From the sequence record NC_135729.1: a stretch of DNA of 64,000 nucleotides; one strand, given 5' to 3'. The notes under the pieces are model-generated. The model was given only the letters and a program-made list of their open reading frames with translations, did no database searches and was not told the DNA's origin. Positions 54,253 through 64,000 of this stretch are shown piece after piece. Made by a program: the position numbers and the translations under genes. Position 1 is the stretch's first letter; each line of letters opens with the position of its first letter. This stretch comes from a phage.

Positions 54253-57200
54253 TTACTTCAGTTTCTCTTGCAACCCAGTAACAACCTCTGTCAATTTTTT
54301 AACCTGCTCCTCAAGGGCGGTTATTTTATCGTCCTGTTCCCTGCAAACCTGGACAAGCAAGCCTGTTACGGCTGCGTAATCCACGCTGTAGAATCTTTCC
54401 TCTGTTATCAAAGGAGTTCCATCTTGATCAGGGTTTGGGATTTCCTTTCTTTGCACGAAAGAGCTAACTGCTTCCGGCAGCGCTTCAAGCACTTCTTGTG
54501 CTATAACACCTGCATAAGGCATACCGTTCTCTTTAAGAGTGTAAGTATAACCCTTCATCTTCCGGATAGCTTCTAACGCATCAGGAATAACAGCTATGTT
54601 ATCTTTCAGATCTCTGTCAGAACTCTGATTGACAGATGTGCAATTCACAGCGCCGTTTACAGAAAGATATCTTGATTTATCTGGCAAGGTACCGCAATGC
54701 CATACCCAATTTGATTGAGACTCGTCAAGAACCTTAAACTCTAACACGTTTGGACGATCTCCTGTGCTGCCGTTACCCCAATAATACATATGGGCGGCAT
54801 TAGCAGGCATGTTGCCACCGTTATTAGTAACATGACTTCCAGAAATATATACCTTTAACTCTGGGGTTGGTATTTCCCCTTCCGGGGTTGTTCCTCCATA
54901 CCTGAAGCTAACACCATTACCACCTGTTTGGGTCCACGGGCCCCAAGTGAAGACCTGTTTCACCATATTCCCATAACGTGTAAATCTATCGCCATGGTAG
55001 GTAATATATTCTTGAACACACCCATTACCGTTATTGGCGTTATTTTGCAACACAATAAGTGTTCCGGCCTCATTTACGGGATAATGACGATCATATGTTG
55101 CATCATTATTTGCAGGCTGATGGTAAATACCTTCCCACAATCCGTGATAGGTGTTAAGGTCTGAAGAACCAAGACCTTGACCCCTGTGTTGCATAGCCTT
55201 ATTCCAGGGATGGTGATTACCACCTTCTATAGACCTGGTGTATAAGTTACTTTGTCTGCCAGCAATCTGGAAAGCGTAGTTTCCCGAGAATCCTACAGAT
55301 AACCCGCCTACAACCATGGTATCTTGTGGGCCGTTAACATTACCAGCTATTATTTTTGACGGGTTGTTAGGCCCGAACTGGTTGTTCCAGTCTGCACCTG
55401 TGTGGCATACAAAACCACCTGGTGCTGAGAAAGTACCATCTTTGTTGAAGTTGTAGAATCTATGAGCTGTGCCTACAACATCACGAACAATAACTTGACC
55501 AGCCTCTGGAGTAGATCTGAACTCTGCTTGACCTTTAAGGCCAGCACCATTACCGCATTTAGAGGTAAACGTGCCGTTAGTTAGATCCTCTGTTCCATCT
55601 GATGCACACTGGAATCCTGCGTTAGAGAATAGCGCCTTTCTAGGACCACTGTAGCACAAATAGTCAAAACCGTCAGCCCATAGCTCTACTTTAGGCATGT
55701 TCATTTTGCTCATTATCGCATAGCGTTCAGCAGTGCCTATATAGTGCCACTGTGTGCCGCCGCCAGTGTAGAACCCTGAAGTGCCTTTGAAGTCAACAAT
55801 AGGTCTGGTATTGGTATTGTTATCTCCAAGAACAGCTAGATTCAAGTCTGCTGATTGAAGAGGTGCAACGAACTTAACCCCATCCTGATTGTTTGTTACA
55901 GAGCCGACTTGATAATCTTGCTCTCTGGTAAACACTTCGACAACATTTCTACTTGCGTATATGCTGACAGGGAAAGCACGAGCCTCTGCATAGAAAGCAA
56001 CATACTCTTGTTTACCCCTTGTTGGAGCAACCATCCCAAGAAGTGCTTTTTCATTCTTCTGGTAGAAATTTACTACCCCGTAGAAAGAGTCTCCCCTGTC
56101 CGTCCAGCCGCCAGTTCTATAGTGACACTGCAGGGTGGCACAGTTCATAGGGTCATTTCCAGATGAAAACCTGGTGACTATAGTAATATCAGTGCCAGTT
56201 GCTGGAGCATAGTACGGATCTGTTCTAACGATGATTGGGTAGTATTTCCCATCTTCCATCCCTGCGGTTCTTGGCAGTGTTAAGAAGTCTTTTACACCTG
56301 CCGCTATAGGAACTTTGAACAGATTCTGAGCATCTGCTAAAGTTGTAGCTCCAGTGCCACCTGCGGCTTGAGGTAAAGGTTCCCACTTGGCCTTCCGGTT
56401 GTTATAAACACCCCACTCCAAAGTGCCGTTACCGGATTCGTCCATCCCACCATCCCAGATAACCATCTTGGCGGCTTTCTTGGACCCCCAGAAGCCTCTT
56501 TCTGCTCCTGAACTACGGATCCACTCTCCAAGTCCCCAGTTTGTCAGCTGACCAGTAAGATCCCCAACCTGCATATATTTAGGGCAGTCTAATACTCCGT
56601 CTTCGCGGAAACCTAAATATCTGTGAGTTTCAGATCCTTTTGCACCTTTGTGCAGGTGGATTGTCAACCAAGCTTTATTGTCGTTTCTTACCTCAGAGTA
56701 GATCCTATAACCATGCTCAAGGACACCGTCAGCGTTGTATTTGTCCCCGTTAACAATACCTGATGCTGACTTAACATCAGCAGAACTTTGAGACAGGTAA
56801 AGGTGCCCGAAGGTAGGGGAATTTCTAGACCCGAGACCGATGTGCGATCTAAAGGTATCATCGTTACGAGGTCTGACCATCGGCTGCCATGCAGTCCACT
56901 GGTTTGTGTTGGCTTGATAGGTTCTCAAATACCAAACATCTACGTTAGAGAATGGATAGTATTCCTGACGACAACCTGTACCGCCGTTAGCATTGTTCTG
57001 CCAAACAATCAAGTGACCAGCACCAGAACCTGCAGGGTAACCATTTTCCTCAGTTGCATAAGCAGTCATCGGCTGGTAGTATACACCATCCTGATTACCA
57101 GTCAAGTTATTGATATTGAAATTTGGCTCAAGGGCTGCACGTTGCTTATAGAAAGCCCCGATATTGATACGGACTCCAGCGGCATCTCTGGCCCCTGTAC

Positions 57201-58068
57201 CGCCTTGCTCTATAGCAAGAGGTTGCCACGAGGCTGTTTGTTGGTTCCACATACCCCAACGGCCTGTTGCATCAAGCTGCAAGTACCCTGCCGTGTTTAA
57301 ATCATCTCCAGCACGGATAACTGTTCTTGTTGGGTTGTTTGCCTCCAGGCGTTTAAATTCATCACGAAGTGCTATTCTTTTTGTTGTCGCTACACCGTTG
57401 GTTACTGAGATGGTATACATAGCTCCGGAGGTAGCTCCACGGAAAATACCATCAACAGTTGTAGTATCACGACGAGATACCACACCGTTCAGAAATTTTT
57501 CACCAGCTGCTACAGAGGGATAGTTGGTGGTTCTTCCCTCTTCAATAACTGCAGGGCCAACAAAGTTATCAAGGTGGATAACATCACTTACAGTGTGCAC
57601 TGTACCAAAATCTACACGCTGTGCAAGGGCTTTAGCATCGTTAGCTGTCTGAACAGTAACATCCATTACATCCTGGACAGACTGCCCTTCGGCTGTCATG
57701 ATCATAGATGCGCCAATGGTAGATTCCAACTCCTCCCTTAAGGACGGGTCAGTATATACCATCCATGCAGCGTCAGTAATCCCACCATCAGCGTACGGTG
57801 AAGATAGTGCAGGAACAGTGTGTGGAAATTCGCCTTTCCAACGCAGGTAGAGGTCTTCCTCTTCGAAGTAGGCAAAATCCATTGGGCCGTTTAACTTACC
57901 ACCTTCCTTAAAGGAGATTACATGAGAAACAGTCCCATCCACATGGACAACATCGCCAATTTTTACACGACGGGTCAGGTCTGGTTGTTGAACAACCAGG
58001 TAATCATCCTCTGTCACTGCGGTAGTGGCAGGAAGAGATTCAATTCTGACAACTTTAATATCAGCCAT
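54253..58068 (-). CDS. tail fibre/tailspike with C-terminal intramolecular chaperone (Peptidase_S74) domain
   Basis: C-terminus SSDRDLKDNIAVIPDALEAIRKMKGYTYTLKENGMPYAGVIAQEVLEALPEAV (S74 auto-processing signature); N-terminal anchor module shared with 60703-61371. Confidence 0.7.
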   Translation of the reverse strand: MADIKVVRIESLPATTAVTEDDYLVVQQPDLTRRVKIGDVVHVDGTVSHVISFKEGGKLNGPMDFAYFEEEDLYLRWKGEFPHTVPALSSPYADGGITDAAWMVYTDPSLREELESTIGASMIMTAEGQSVQDVMDVTVQTANDAKALAQRVDFGTVHTVSDVIHLDNFVGPAVIEEGRTTNYPSVAAGEKFLNGVVSRRDTTTVDGIFRGATSGAMYTISVTNGVATTKRIALRDEFKRLEANNPTRTVIRAGDDLNTAGYLQLDATGRWGMWNQQTASWQPLAIEQGGTGARDAAGVRINIGAFYKQRAALEPNFNINNLTGNQDGVYYQPMTAYATEENGYPAGSGAGHLIVWQNNANGGTGCRQEYYPFSNVDVWYLRTYQANTNQWTAWQPMVRPRNDDTFRSHIGLGSRNSPTFGHLYLSQSSADVKSASGIVNGDKYNADGVLEHGYRIYSEVRNDNKAWLTIHLHKGAKGSETHRYLGFREDGVLDCPKYMQVGDLTGQLTNWGLGEWIRSSGAERGFWGSKKAAKMVIWDGGMDESGNGTLEWGVYNNRKAKWEPLPQAAGGTGATTLADAQNLFKVPIAAGVKDFLTLPRTAGMEDGKYYPIIVRTDPYYAPATGTDITIVTRFSSGNDPMNCATLQCHYRTGGWTDRGDSFYGVVNFYQKNEKALLGMVAPTRGKQEYVAFYAEARAFPVSIYASRNVVEVFTREQDYQVGSVTNNQDGVKFVAPLQSADLNLAVLGDNNTNTRPIVDFKGTSGFYTGGGTQWHYIGTAERYAIMSKMNMPKVELWADGFDYLCYSGPRKALFSNAGFQCASDGTEDLTNGTFTSKCGNGAGLKGQAEFRSTPEAGQVIVRDVVGTAHRFYNFNKDGTFSAPGGFVCHTGADWNNQFGPNNPSKIIAGNVNGPQDTMVVGGLSVGFSGNYAFQIAGRQSNLYTRSIEGGNHHPWNKAMQHRGQGLGSSDLNTYHGLWEGIYHQPANNDATYDRHYPVNEAGTLIVLQNNANNGNGCVQEYITYHGDRFTRYGNMVKQVFTWGPWTQTGGNGVSFRYGGTTPEGEIPTPELKVYISGSHVTNNGGNMPANAAHMYYWGNGSTGDRPNVLEFKVLDESQSNWVWHCGTLPDKSRYLSVNGAVNCTSVNQSSDRDLKDNIAVIPDALEAIRKMKGYTYTLKENGMPYAGVIAQEVLEALPEAVSSFVQRKEIPNPDQDGTPLITEERFYSVDYAAVTGLLVQVCREQDDKITALEEQVKKLTEVVTGLQEKLK

Positions 58069-58083
58069 TCTTTCTCCTGAAAG

Positions 58084-58100
58084 GGGGCAAACAGCCCCCT
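58084..58100 (-). terminator. intergenic hairpin (possible attenuator)
   Basis: GGGGGC-AAACA-GCCCCC; weak T-tract on the minus strand, so terminator function uncertain. Confidence 0.3.
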
Positions 58101-58103
58101 ATG

Positions 58104-60701
58104 TTAAAGGTACAATCCACGGTATTGAGCATAAAGGCCCAGACCGCGAAGGATTTCGCCAGAGTGATAGCCCACCGGATCAGAAACTGCCCAGCAGCCG
58201 TTTAAAACATTATCCCCATTGATGAAGTGGTGCTTTTGCAGTAGCTTCACGCAGGCTTCTACAACAATATCTATTTGAGGTATTGTCTCTGAATACCCGC
58301 ACAGACCTAGCCAGCAGCAACCTGCAAGCCATTCACCTACCACCCACATCCTGTCTCCTCTGTCCTGATAAGAATATCCCCCAGAGGTGTTAAAGTCTGT
58401 AGGTAGATTTCCTGAATGAGATGACTGGAATCTGTTGAGGAACCATGCCCATTTCTGGCAGAACAGGAATAATCTTTCATCAACAGGTTCTTTATGTTTC
58501 TTGAGCTCATAGATTGTGCGGCACGCAGCAACAAAAGATCTTGACTGGAGCTTAGAGTTATCTACCATCTCCCACCAACCAGTCAGCCCTTCATTACCTC
58601 TCTGCCATACATAACGCGAGGCAACTGGACCCTCTGTCTTAAATGTATTATTATACCAGACTTGAGCGTCATACAGAAAGCCTATTGTATTTGACAATCT
58701 ATGGCGATCTATGTTTTCTGCACCCATGCAGTAGACTGCTGGGTATTGCATGCCTGGGTAGGGCCAATTTGGCCTTTCCTCTAAGAGATAGTTTTCCTTA
58801 TCTATCACCTTTCCGGCAGGGAACACACCTGGTGTGTGCCTGTATGCACCTTGCTTGTAGTTTCTGACATAGCAATCACCAACCTTAGCGGTTGATTCTG
58901 TCTTGCTTGCCATCCATACGCTAAACCAGATTAGATAAGCATCCCTATCTGCAATATAGAATTGCGGCAGTGTGTTGACGCAATATAGATCAAACAAGCC
59001 ATTACCTATCTGCCTGTCGCTTAGGCTGAAATCTACAGAGGTGAGTCCCTTAGGATTAGCAAAGAAAGGTTTAATCTCTTCTTCAGTGTGATGAGGTTGT
59101 GTCGGATCTAGTTTGAAATCTCCTAGAGTAAGAGTTTCTGTTACCCATTGTCCATTAGTGGCATATAGATCAGCATACCATAACCACCTGTCTTTGTCAA
59201 GAAATTTGACCCTTACCATCTCATCATCTGATCGATAAGTTACTGAGTTTAAAGAAATCTCTCTTCCAAAATTGAAAGTTACTTTGCCTCTTGCTATATT
59301 ACAACGGGTGAAGTTGTCAGAGTGGTTGTAAATGTCAGTATCGTACTGCATGCTAACACTGGCACCACCGCTCACGGCAATGTTTTCCTCTTTAGGTAAG
59401 AGGTACGGATTACCGTCTTTACCAACTACCTCTACGAAATCAGTAACCTTGGCAACTATTTCTGTTACCTCTGCCCCTCCAAAAGGAACCCCTATCCTGT
59501 ACTGTTTTTTGTTATTGTTGCCATCATTAAGGATGAAATGTGGCTGGAACAGAACCCCCTCTCCTCCGAAATTCATAACAATTTCAGCATCTCTGCCTAT
59601 TTTGTATGTAGTCCCTTTTTGGATTATTTCGCAAGGCTGGCGTGCGTTCATTCTAAAATTGATATACCCGTCACTGTCCCTGCTCATGACAGGAACTGTT
59701 CCTGCAACAAGACAAGTACCATCTGTAAACGGTGCCTTAATCAACGTGGTCTTTCTAAACAGTTTGTCGTATGCGTTTATATCACTGAAATTAAGCAACT
59801 TGTTGTAAGACTGTTCAAACGCGGTGTAATACTTTTCCTCACCTGTCAAGGTGTAGAGTTGATAACAAGCGTCACACCACATTTCTTCCCCGTCCAACTC
59901 TGGGGCCTGATTATCTGCAACCACGTTTATAGGATTTACAATTACAGGGGATCCAGCAGGTATCACCGATCCACCCTGCTCTTGAGGTAATCTTACACAA
60001 TAGGTCACCTTGTGGCTTCCTGTAACACCCTTATCTTGTAATTGGATTGTGCCGAACTCTATAGACGTATGCCCACTGTCGGCTATGCTTCCGTTAGCCC
60101 AATAGCGGTTACCATCCCATGCTATGTACCACTCAACCCACCAACTTAATCCGGATGTTGTCCAATCTGGGTTAGCATCTGTGCCACCGTAAACATCAGA
60201 GTCTACAGTGTTTCTTCCTAACACACCGTTATACGCTTGGAATGCCTTGTCCAGGTATTCCCCCCATGTCGGAGATCCAGCTGGGATTTTTCCTCTACCG
60301 TTGGTAAAAGACACCACCACATCTTTAAACCCACCGTGTGATGGAACCCCATCTGTGGATAGAGGGTAGTGGGACAATCTTTGCATTTTACTTTCTACGG
60401 CATATGCACCCAGAAGATGACTATTGTAAGATTCCCAAGCATCTTTTGCCCTATCCAGATAGAAATCGCTTTTCGATGCCCTGTATGCTTCAATGTATCC
60501 CAGAATCAACACAGCTTGGGACTCATGCATTGCCCAATCGTTATTTATCTTATTACCTGCCCACCCTGCAGCTATAAGACCATCAGGGTTTACTAGCTTA
60601 TTTTGTGTAGGTGTGTTGGTAATACCTGTGTTGTTATCGAGGCACTTCCTGTGCCCCTCAATCATCTGAAATACGTTATCAATGTTGTGTTGAATACGCA
60701 T
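58104..60701 (-). CDS. putative tailspike/tail fibre protein with enzyme-like domain
   Basis: 865 aa; Trp/Tyr-rich segments reminiscent of glycosidase-like folds; no catalytic motif identified. Confidence 0.35.
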   Translation of the reverse strand: MRIQHNIDNVFQMIEGHRKCLDNNTGITNTPTQNKLVNPDGLIAAGWAGNKINNDWAMHESQAVLILGYIEAYRASKSDFYLDRAKDAWESYNSHLLGAYAVESKMQRLSHYPLSTDGVPSHGGFKDVVVSFTNGRGKIPAGSPTWGEYLDKAFQAYNGVLGRNTVDSDVYGGTDANPDWTTSGLSWWVEWYIAWDGNRYWANGSIADSGHTSIEFGTIQLQDKGVTGSHKVTYCVRLPQEQGGSVIPAGSPVIVNPINVVADNQAPELDGEEMWCDACYQLYTLTGEEKYYTAFEQSYNKLLNFSDINAYDKLFRKTTLIKAPFTDGTCLVAGTVPVMSRDSDGYINFRMNARQPCEIIQKGTTYKIGRDAEIVMNFGGEGVLFQPHFILNDGNNNKKQYRIGVPFGGAEVTEIVAKVTDFVEVVGKDGNPYLLPKEENIAVSGGASVSMQYDTDIYNHSDNFTRCNIARGKVTFNFGREISLNSVTYRSDDEMVRVKFLDKDRWLWYADLYATNGQWVTETLTLGDFKLDPTQPHHTEEEIKPFFANPKGLTSVDFSLSDRQIGNGLFDLYCVNTLPQFYIADRDAYLIWFSVWMASKTESTAKVGDCYVRNYKQGAYRHTPGVFPAGKVIDKENYLLEERPNWPYPGMQYPAVYCMGAENIDRHRLSNTIGFLYDAQVWYNNTFKTEGPVASRYVWQRGNEGLTGWWEMVDNSKLQSRSFVAACRTIYELKKHKEPVDERLFLFCQKWAWFLNRFQSSHSGNLPTDFNTSGGYSYQDRGDRMWVVGEWLAGCCWLGLCGYSETIPQIDIVVEACVKLLQKHHFINGDNVLNGCWAVSDPVGYHSGEILRGLGLYAQYRGLYL

Positions 60702-60702
60702 C

Positions 60703-61371
60703 TTAGATAGCTCCTGCGATAATCAGTGCCCCGTACCAAGTTAACCCGTTGTCGTAGGTTTCCAACTTGAAAATGTCTGTTGCACCAGCTGTAAATGTTA
60801 GGATAGGATCTCTTCCGTAGGACCATTTAACATTACCAGGCCAATAGACTTTGTTGCCGCCAGAGGTCTGAGTAATGCATACAGTTATAGTTCTCGCCAC
60901 CCCTTCAAGACCTTCTGTTTGATTTTCAAAAGAGATTGTGGTATTTGAAGTTAGTCGAACCTTAAAGGTATCCGCAACTTCAAGATCCATATCAAGCTGA
61001 CCACCGATAGATCCGTAATCAACTATTCTGCCAGAAGAAGTTGCAGCAAGCTCACCAAAAACAGACCAGGCATTTGCAGACACACCTCCAGCACCCTCTA
61101 CAGTGGAGTCTGGGAGGATTATTTTAGGATAATCCCCGTTCCACGTGTAGTAGCGCTTAGTTTCTGGGTCATAAGCAAAGTCCTTCTTGCTCTTAAGATA
61201 ACCACCCTCTGTGAAATAGACTATCTTGGTAATGCTAAGATCGTTGACAACATCGTCAATCTTAGCCTTTCTTGTCCCATCAGTCTGGTTGACAACCAAG
61301 AAGTCATCACTCAGGACTGTTTCTGCATCTTCAAGATCTGGAATTGGTATTGTAGGATAAGCTACAGCCAT
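60703..61371 (-). CDS. short fibre-adaptor-like protein carrying the shared fibre N-terminal module
   Basis: LSDDFLVVNQTDGTRKAKIDDVV...FTEGGYLKSKKDFAY aligns with TEDDYLVVQQPDLTRRVKIGDVV...FKEGGKLNGPMDFAY of 54253-58068. Confidence 0.4.
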   Translation of the reverse strand: MAVAYPTIPIPDLEDAETVLSDDFLVVNQTDGTRKAKIDDVVNDLSITKIVYFTEGGYLKSKKDFAYDPETKRYYTWNGDYPKIILPDSTVEGAGGVSANAWSVFGELAATSSGRIVDYGSIGGQLDMDLEVADTFKVRLTSNTTISFENQTEGLEGVARTITVCITQTSGGNKVYWPGNVKWSYGRDPILTFTAGATDIFKLETYDNGLTWYGALIIAGAI

Positions 61372-61380
61372 GATTTCTCC

Positions 61381-62097
61381 TTAGTTAACATCAATAGCAC
61401 GACCAGACTGGTTGGCAATAGCCTCATCATTGGAGGTAGCAATAACACCAGAGTATTCGCGCTCATCTGGAGCAAGCGTCCAGGTATTGCGGTTAATGGT
61501 TTGTTCTGCCTCAGTCATCAGCAGATCTTTATCCTGAGTCAACAGAGAGCCTACAGGGATCGGGTTTTCCATCTCAGGACCAGCATACTGGTTCCACCAT
61601 GTGGCATCTCCGGTTCTAGGTAATCTGAAGTTGATCAGATAGTACAGTTTATTAGCCCACTTAATCCAACCCTCATCATCACAGAGAGAGGTTGTCCCAG
61701 AATCAGGCTGTGGGTAGGTGAACTGATCAAGACCTACGAAAGCCAGCCTTACAATCTCGTTCTCTTTGGTAACAACCTCAAAGAACGCTTGGTATGTTCT
61801 CGATCTTCGATCCATGGTAGACTGGAAGTTTATGATGTTTAACACATCCGGCTCTTGTCTTGCCACTTCCATGATCTTGTTATCAAGAACAGTCTTCATG
61901 ACCTTCTTACTGAGAAAGTCCATATAAGGGAAGCCAAACAACTCGTCGAAGTACCAGCTCCCCTTCCACGTATTAAACCTCATCCACAAGCGCTGGCGCA
62001 GACTTACTTGGTTTGAATCTATCAACTCAAGACCTTTGTCTATCGCCAAATCGCCTGTCTGCGGGTCCATCAATATATCACTATAAAGCGTAGCCAT
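61381..62097 (-). CDS. structural protein (baseplate/tail, positional)
   Basis: 238-aa ORF in the tail operon. Confidence 0.3.
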   Translation of the reverse strand: MATLYSDILMDPQTGDLAIDKGLELIDSNQVSLRQRLWMRFNTWKGSWYFDELFGFPYMDFLSKKVMKTVLDNKIMEVARQEPDVLNIINFQSTMDRRSRTYQAFFEVVTKENEIVRLAFVGLDQFTYPQPDSGTTSLCDDEGWIKWANKLYYLINFRLPRTGDATWWNQYAGPEMENPIPVGSLLTQDKDLLMTEAEQTINRNTWTLAPDEREYSGVIATSNDEAIANQSGRAIDVN

Positions 62098-62109
62098 GAA
62101 AGCCCTCTA

Positions 62110-62787
62110 TTAGTGCGGTCCACTTGTCTCGCCATCAGGGCAAGAGTGGGTATGACCTTTATATTCTGCATAGAATGAATCCAAATCCACGCCAGCAGCA
62201 GTTATAATTCTACCAGATGGGTCTATTGTAGCACCATTCATTCTGATATTCCCATCCACAGCAGCTCGCAAATTGGCAGCCCCGTTAGTGAAAGAAAACT
62301 CCCCGCTGCTGTCGCACCGTAATGTCCCACCAGGTGTTTGAAGCTCAAAATCGCCAGAAGGTGTCAGTTTAAAATAAACCCTATCATTCCATAACTCTAC
62401 GTTATCAGGATCGATCTGTAAAGCGTTTGAGTCTGAATGGACAGAGGTGATTGCCCACCCTGGAAACAGGCCGTGAGTTTGTTGATCGTCGTTATTGTTT
62501 TCATTTCTCTCTGAAAACTGTAATCCTACAACATCTCCGGCCTTAATAGGAAGTGTTAACCTTGCCTTTCCGCTGTTTGCAGACATCACCTGAATTGGAA
62601 CGTCATAGATAAGAGGGTATCTCTCCACATCTCCGTCATCAAACGTAGTTTCAGCTATTGGCTGCACGGCTGCAGAAGGTATACTGTAGTCAACACTGAC
62701 AACTCTGGCCCTGATACTGGTGTGGTAGTCCCTCATTATTTTTTCTATAAAGGATCTTACAGCAGCATCTTTCCTATTTATTGCCAT
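62110..62787 (-). CDS. putative baseplate central spike (gpV/gp5-like)
   Basis: N-terminal OB-like region (LTLPIKAGDVVGLQF) and C-terminal GHTHSCPDGETSGPH resembling HxH metal-binding spike tips. Confidence 0.35.
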   Translation of the reverse strand: MAINRKDAAVRSFIEKIMRDYHTSIRARVVSVDYSIPSAAVQPIAETTFDDGDVERYPLIYDVPIQVMSANSGKARLTLPIKAGDVVGLQFSERNENNNDDQQTHGLFPGWAITSVHSDSNALQIDPDNVELWNDRVYFKLTPSGDFELQTPGGTLRCDSSGEFSFTNGAANLRAAVDGNIRMNGATIDPSGRIITAAGVDLDSFYAEYKGHTHSCPDGETSGPH

Positions 62788-63791
62788 TATACCTCCTCAG
62801 TTTTGTCAACAACTCCACCCACTGTTTCCCCAAGGCCAAGCTCTGTAGTGTAATCACCTCCTTCTATGGTGCCCTTATGATGCACCGTGATCACCTTATA
62901 GAATCCTGTATATTGCTTGCTTTTAAGATAAATAGTGGACTCTGGGAGGATAGCTCCGTTAAGGCATGTGGTTACAGTAAGGCCAACATCCTCTCTCGGG
63001 TTTTTCTTTTTCTTTTTAGATGTCGAACCACCTTTGGCAGCAGCTTTAGCTTTTCGTTTTTTAGCAGGTTCTGGGTTTTTAGGGGTAGGAGATCCGTGCA
63101 TCCCAGACTCTGCACTTATTTCAAACACAGAGTCTTTGAACCTTTTTCCAACCTTGGTCCAATACAAAGCCCCATCCTGAACGCTAAATGTTGAGTTGGT
63201 CAGCCTTGCAAACCTGCGGAGGTTCTCTGCAGTGTTTCCAGAGAAAGCCATAGAGTATTGCAAAGTCTGGTTTCCAAAACCAACAACCCTACCTTTTGGC
63301 AAGTTCATATCCTTCAGCAGGTCATTAAGCACAGAGTTCAGAGGTGTGCCTTTCTGATAAGATCTTGTGCTTTGGCACTTAATGATATTCTCAGTGCCAT
63401 CTCCAAAGATGAACTTAGTTTTTCTGGTCGGACCTTCCCATCTGTCTTCAACAAACTCCACAGTTCCGGAGAATATCAACTGGTTCTCATTATCATAGCC
63501 AGCTTCAAACATAACTGCAAGGGCATCAGCCTGATGCATATCCAGATAGTTAACTGTATCGTCAGACAGGTTGTAAACTGTCACATAACCTTTGTTTGGC
63601 TCTTTGGTATTGTCCTTTTGTATATCAAACTCTATATTGGCAGCACCAGTGTCCGAGCTAACTTCATAAACTCCGGAATCACTCTCCCCTTTCTTTTCAA
63701 CAGATTTTGGGATATTGGTTTTTGATTTACCGCCATGTTCTACAGGACGACCAAACAATAATCGCCATGTTCTACGTCTGTACTCTGCCAT
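62787..63791 (-). CDS. structural protein (baseplate hub/tail, positional)
   Basis: 334 aa; lysine-rich low-complexity stretch KKRKAKAAAKGGSTSKKKKKNP; start overlaps the stop of the upstream partial ORF (TAATG). Confidence 0.3.
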   Translation of the reverse strand: MAEYRRRTWRLLFGRPVEHGGKSKTNIPKSVEKKGESDSGVYEVSSDTGAANIEFDIQKDNTKEPNKGYVTVYNLSDDTVNYLDMHQADALAVMFEAGYDNENQLIFSGTVEFVEDRWEGPTRKTKFIFGDGTENIIKCQSTRSYQKGTPLNSVLNDLLKDMNLPKGRVVGFGNQTLQYSMAFSGNTAENLRRFARLTNSTFSVQDGALYWTKVGKRFKDSVFEISAESGMHGSPTPKNPEPAKKRKAKAAAKGGSTSKKKKKNPREDVGLTVTTCLNGAILPESTIYLKSKQYTGFYKVITVHHKGTIEGGDYTTELGLGETVGGVVDKTEEV

Positions 63792-64000
63792 TATTCTAAC
63801 CCTTGCTGTTCCTTGTAAAGATCAACCGGGGTGCCGTATACAAGTTGTAGCTCAGATCTCGCCCCAAGGTTATATCTTCCAACCCTGCCCCAATATTGAT
63901 CGTCTTTAAACGACAGCGCCATCAGTCTACCTTTCGGTAAATCATCTCGGTAATGCAGTCCGTCTAAAATATCTTGACAAGCTGTTACTTTTCTGGTTAC
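63791..64000 (-). CDS. partial CDS (3' end of an upstream structural gene running off the window)
   Basis: open minus-strand frame from the window edge to the TAA at 63791-63793 (...LVYGTPVDLYKEQQGLE*), hand-translated. Confidence 0.35.
   Translation of the reverse strand, partial: VTRKVTACQDILDGLHYRDDLPKGRLMALSFKDDQYWGRVGRYNLGARSELQLVYGTPVDLYKEQQGLE

Noticed and set aside
1-64000. tRNA or other structured RNA genes
   Set aside because: No cloverleaf-like segment with conserved T-loop (GTTCRA) context recognised by eye in the few non-coding gaps; a dedicated tRNA scan was not possible

Overview
This 64 kb window reads as part of the genome of a large virulent tailed dsDNA phage (Caudoviricetes), almost entirely coding; host and family are not resolved from sequence alone (sigma70-like promoters and TTCG-loop intrinsic terminators suggest a Gram-negative, possibly enterobacterial, host). 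All calls are by-eye motif recognition on the supplied ORF track; no database search was run. Three blocks: (1) 1-760, a repeat-rich non-coding leader; (2) 761-26692, minus strand, early and DNA-metabolism genes: a TARG1-like macro-domain protein, two HNH endonucleases, a protein with an SSB-type acidic tail, a family A DNA polymerase split at motif C by a group I intron carrying an HNH homing endonuclease, a T7 gp4-like primase-helicase, a C5-methyltransferase-like protein, a Dda/RecD-like helicase, an rIIA-like GHKL ATPase with a putative rIIB partner, a secreted SleB-like cell-wall hydrolase and a MoxR-like AAA+ ATPase; (3) 26831-33511, a plus-strand island launched from a back-to-back divergent promoter hub and closed by a bidirectional terminator, containing a protein with two degenerate HNH-like modules, an HExxH-metallopeptidase/vWA protein, a HAD-like nucleotidase and many small ORFs; (4) 33558-64000, minus strand, a tail/baseplate module with at least seven fibre- or spike-like genes. 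The strongest candidates for something new are the TARG1-like macro-domain protein (possible anti-ADP-ribosylation counter-defence) and the MoxR ATPase / vWA-metallopeptidase pair split across the divergent promoter. The group I intron in the polymerase is the best-supported single observation. No tRNA, rRNA or CRISPR array was recognised.
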